Below are positions 44,390 through 44,916 of a stretch of 44,916 bases of DNA, piece by piece. This DNA comes from Minisyncoccota bacterium (GTDB lineage Bacteria; Patescibacteriota; Minisyncoccia; UBA6257; 2-01-FULL-56-20): positions 1-44,916 of the forward strand of contig DATAXS010000012.1 in NCBI GenBank assembly GCA_036266715.1, given 5' to 3'. A program made the position numbers and the translations under genes. Below the pieces are notes generated by a model. That model had not been told where the DNA came from, did no database searches, and saw nothing but the letters and a program-made list of their open reading frames with translations. Numbering within the stretch: the first letter of the stretch is position 1; each line of letters starts with the position of its first letter.

Positions 44390-44869
44390 ATGACTGCAAA
44401 GATGGATAACAAGGTTGCACTTTCGATCCTCGCGGCGATCGTGCTGCTTGCAATCATATTCCTTATTTATACTTTTGGAGGCGGGCACACGCCCGCGTCG
44501 TCCGTGGCGGGCCAGTACGTCCAGCCCGCGCCGTCATACGCCCCGCAGGGCCAGCTGGTTACCGGTTTTCCGCAATCGCTTGTATTGGACAAGGACCCGA
44601 GCTTTTCACAAAGCTATTCCGTGAGCTACTCCGCATCGCTTGACCAATACACCGCAATTTGGAACTCCAGCTCGTCGCCCACGACGCTTTTTAATGCCTA
44701 CAAAAATTACTTTACGGAGAATGGGTGGACGATCACCAATCAGCAGACGTCCGCTGCGGTTGAGGGCCTTTATGCCAACAATGGTTCGGCAGTAGCCAAT
44801 GCCGTTTTTGCGGCGGAAGGTGGTGGGTCGCAGGTAACGATCGGATACGCGTCGGAAGCCGGCCAATAA
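44390..44869 (+). CDS. Membrane-anchored hypothetical protein, paralog B
   Basis: Same architecture and conserved blocks as 43863..44363. Confidence 0.65.
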   Translation: MTAKMDNKVALSILAAIVLLAIIFLIYTFGGGHTPASSVAGQYVQPAPSYAPQGQLVTGFPQSLVLDKDPSFSQSYSVSYSASLDQYTAIWNSSSSPTTLFNAYKNYFTENGWTITNQQTSAAVEGLYANNGSAVANAVFAAEGGGSQVTIGYASEAGQ

Positions 44870-44916
44870 TTATTCATGAAAAATTTATAAAGAAAGTATG
44901 AACAAAAGATTTTATA

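Noticed and set aside
1-44916. Alternative genetic code (UGA sense), as in some CPR lineages
   Set aside because: TGA clearly terminates several well-defined genes (for example the stops at 3488, 41901 and 42503, all in ATGA overlaps). Long conserved proteins are uninterrupted under the standard code.

Overview
GC-rich, tightly packed bacterial chromosome segment with short AT-rich spacers. Standard genetic code: TGA is used as a stop, including several ATGA start/stop overlaps. Gene content suggests a Candidate Phyla Radiation / Patescibacteria (Parcubacteria-type) genome (inference): tandem TrbC/VirB2-like mini-pilins, a secretin-less type IV pilus module next to comF, a giant Thr/Ser-rich surface protein with a peptidoglycan-binding domain, and many small single-pass hypothetical proteins.

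Layout, left to right:
- 1-4.2 kb: accessory-looking block with a partial ORF, four tandem T4SS-pilin-like genes, and a convergent two-gene operon of unknown function.
- 4.2-22 kb: housekeeping genes. tRNA-Leu, Xer-type recombinase, rpsO, NYN, pnp, recA, RodZ-like, ftsK, HAD hydrolase, YkuK-like, DEDD exonuclease, cysteine desulfurase, htrA, clpB.
- 22-31.5 kb: envelope and regulatory block. Membrane protein, DeoR-like regulator, 1164-aa surface protein, ORF6N protein, HU, ECF sigma operon.
- 31.5-31.9 kb: divergent tRNA-Gly / tRNA-Arg pair.
- 32.4-44.9 kb: comF plus pilM-N-O-x-B-T-C, pilin, pilD, three minor pilins and two paralogous anchored proteins.

Observations that ordinary annotation does not explain:
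1. A swarm of about 26 CGGCAA and about 7 TTGCCG hexamers in roughly 720 bp, in and just upstream of the DeoR-like gene. Spacing is 7-8 nt, so it is not codon-phased, and two TTGCCGGA octamers fill the spacer of that gene's own promoter.
2. At least 13 genes have a -10 hexamer ending 6-8 nt before the ATG, which predicts widespread leaderless mRNAs.
3. Families of long, near-perfect hairpins at gene ends share apical sequences while their outer stems differ. One pair has a 34-nt identical core in opposite orientations.
4. A 148-nt perfectly self-complementary three-way-junction element lies upstream of clpB.
5. An orphan promoter-to-terminator unit between pilB and pilT looks like a candidate sRNA.

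All coordinates and motifs were read by eye. No database search was possible.
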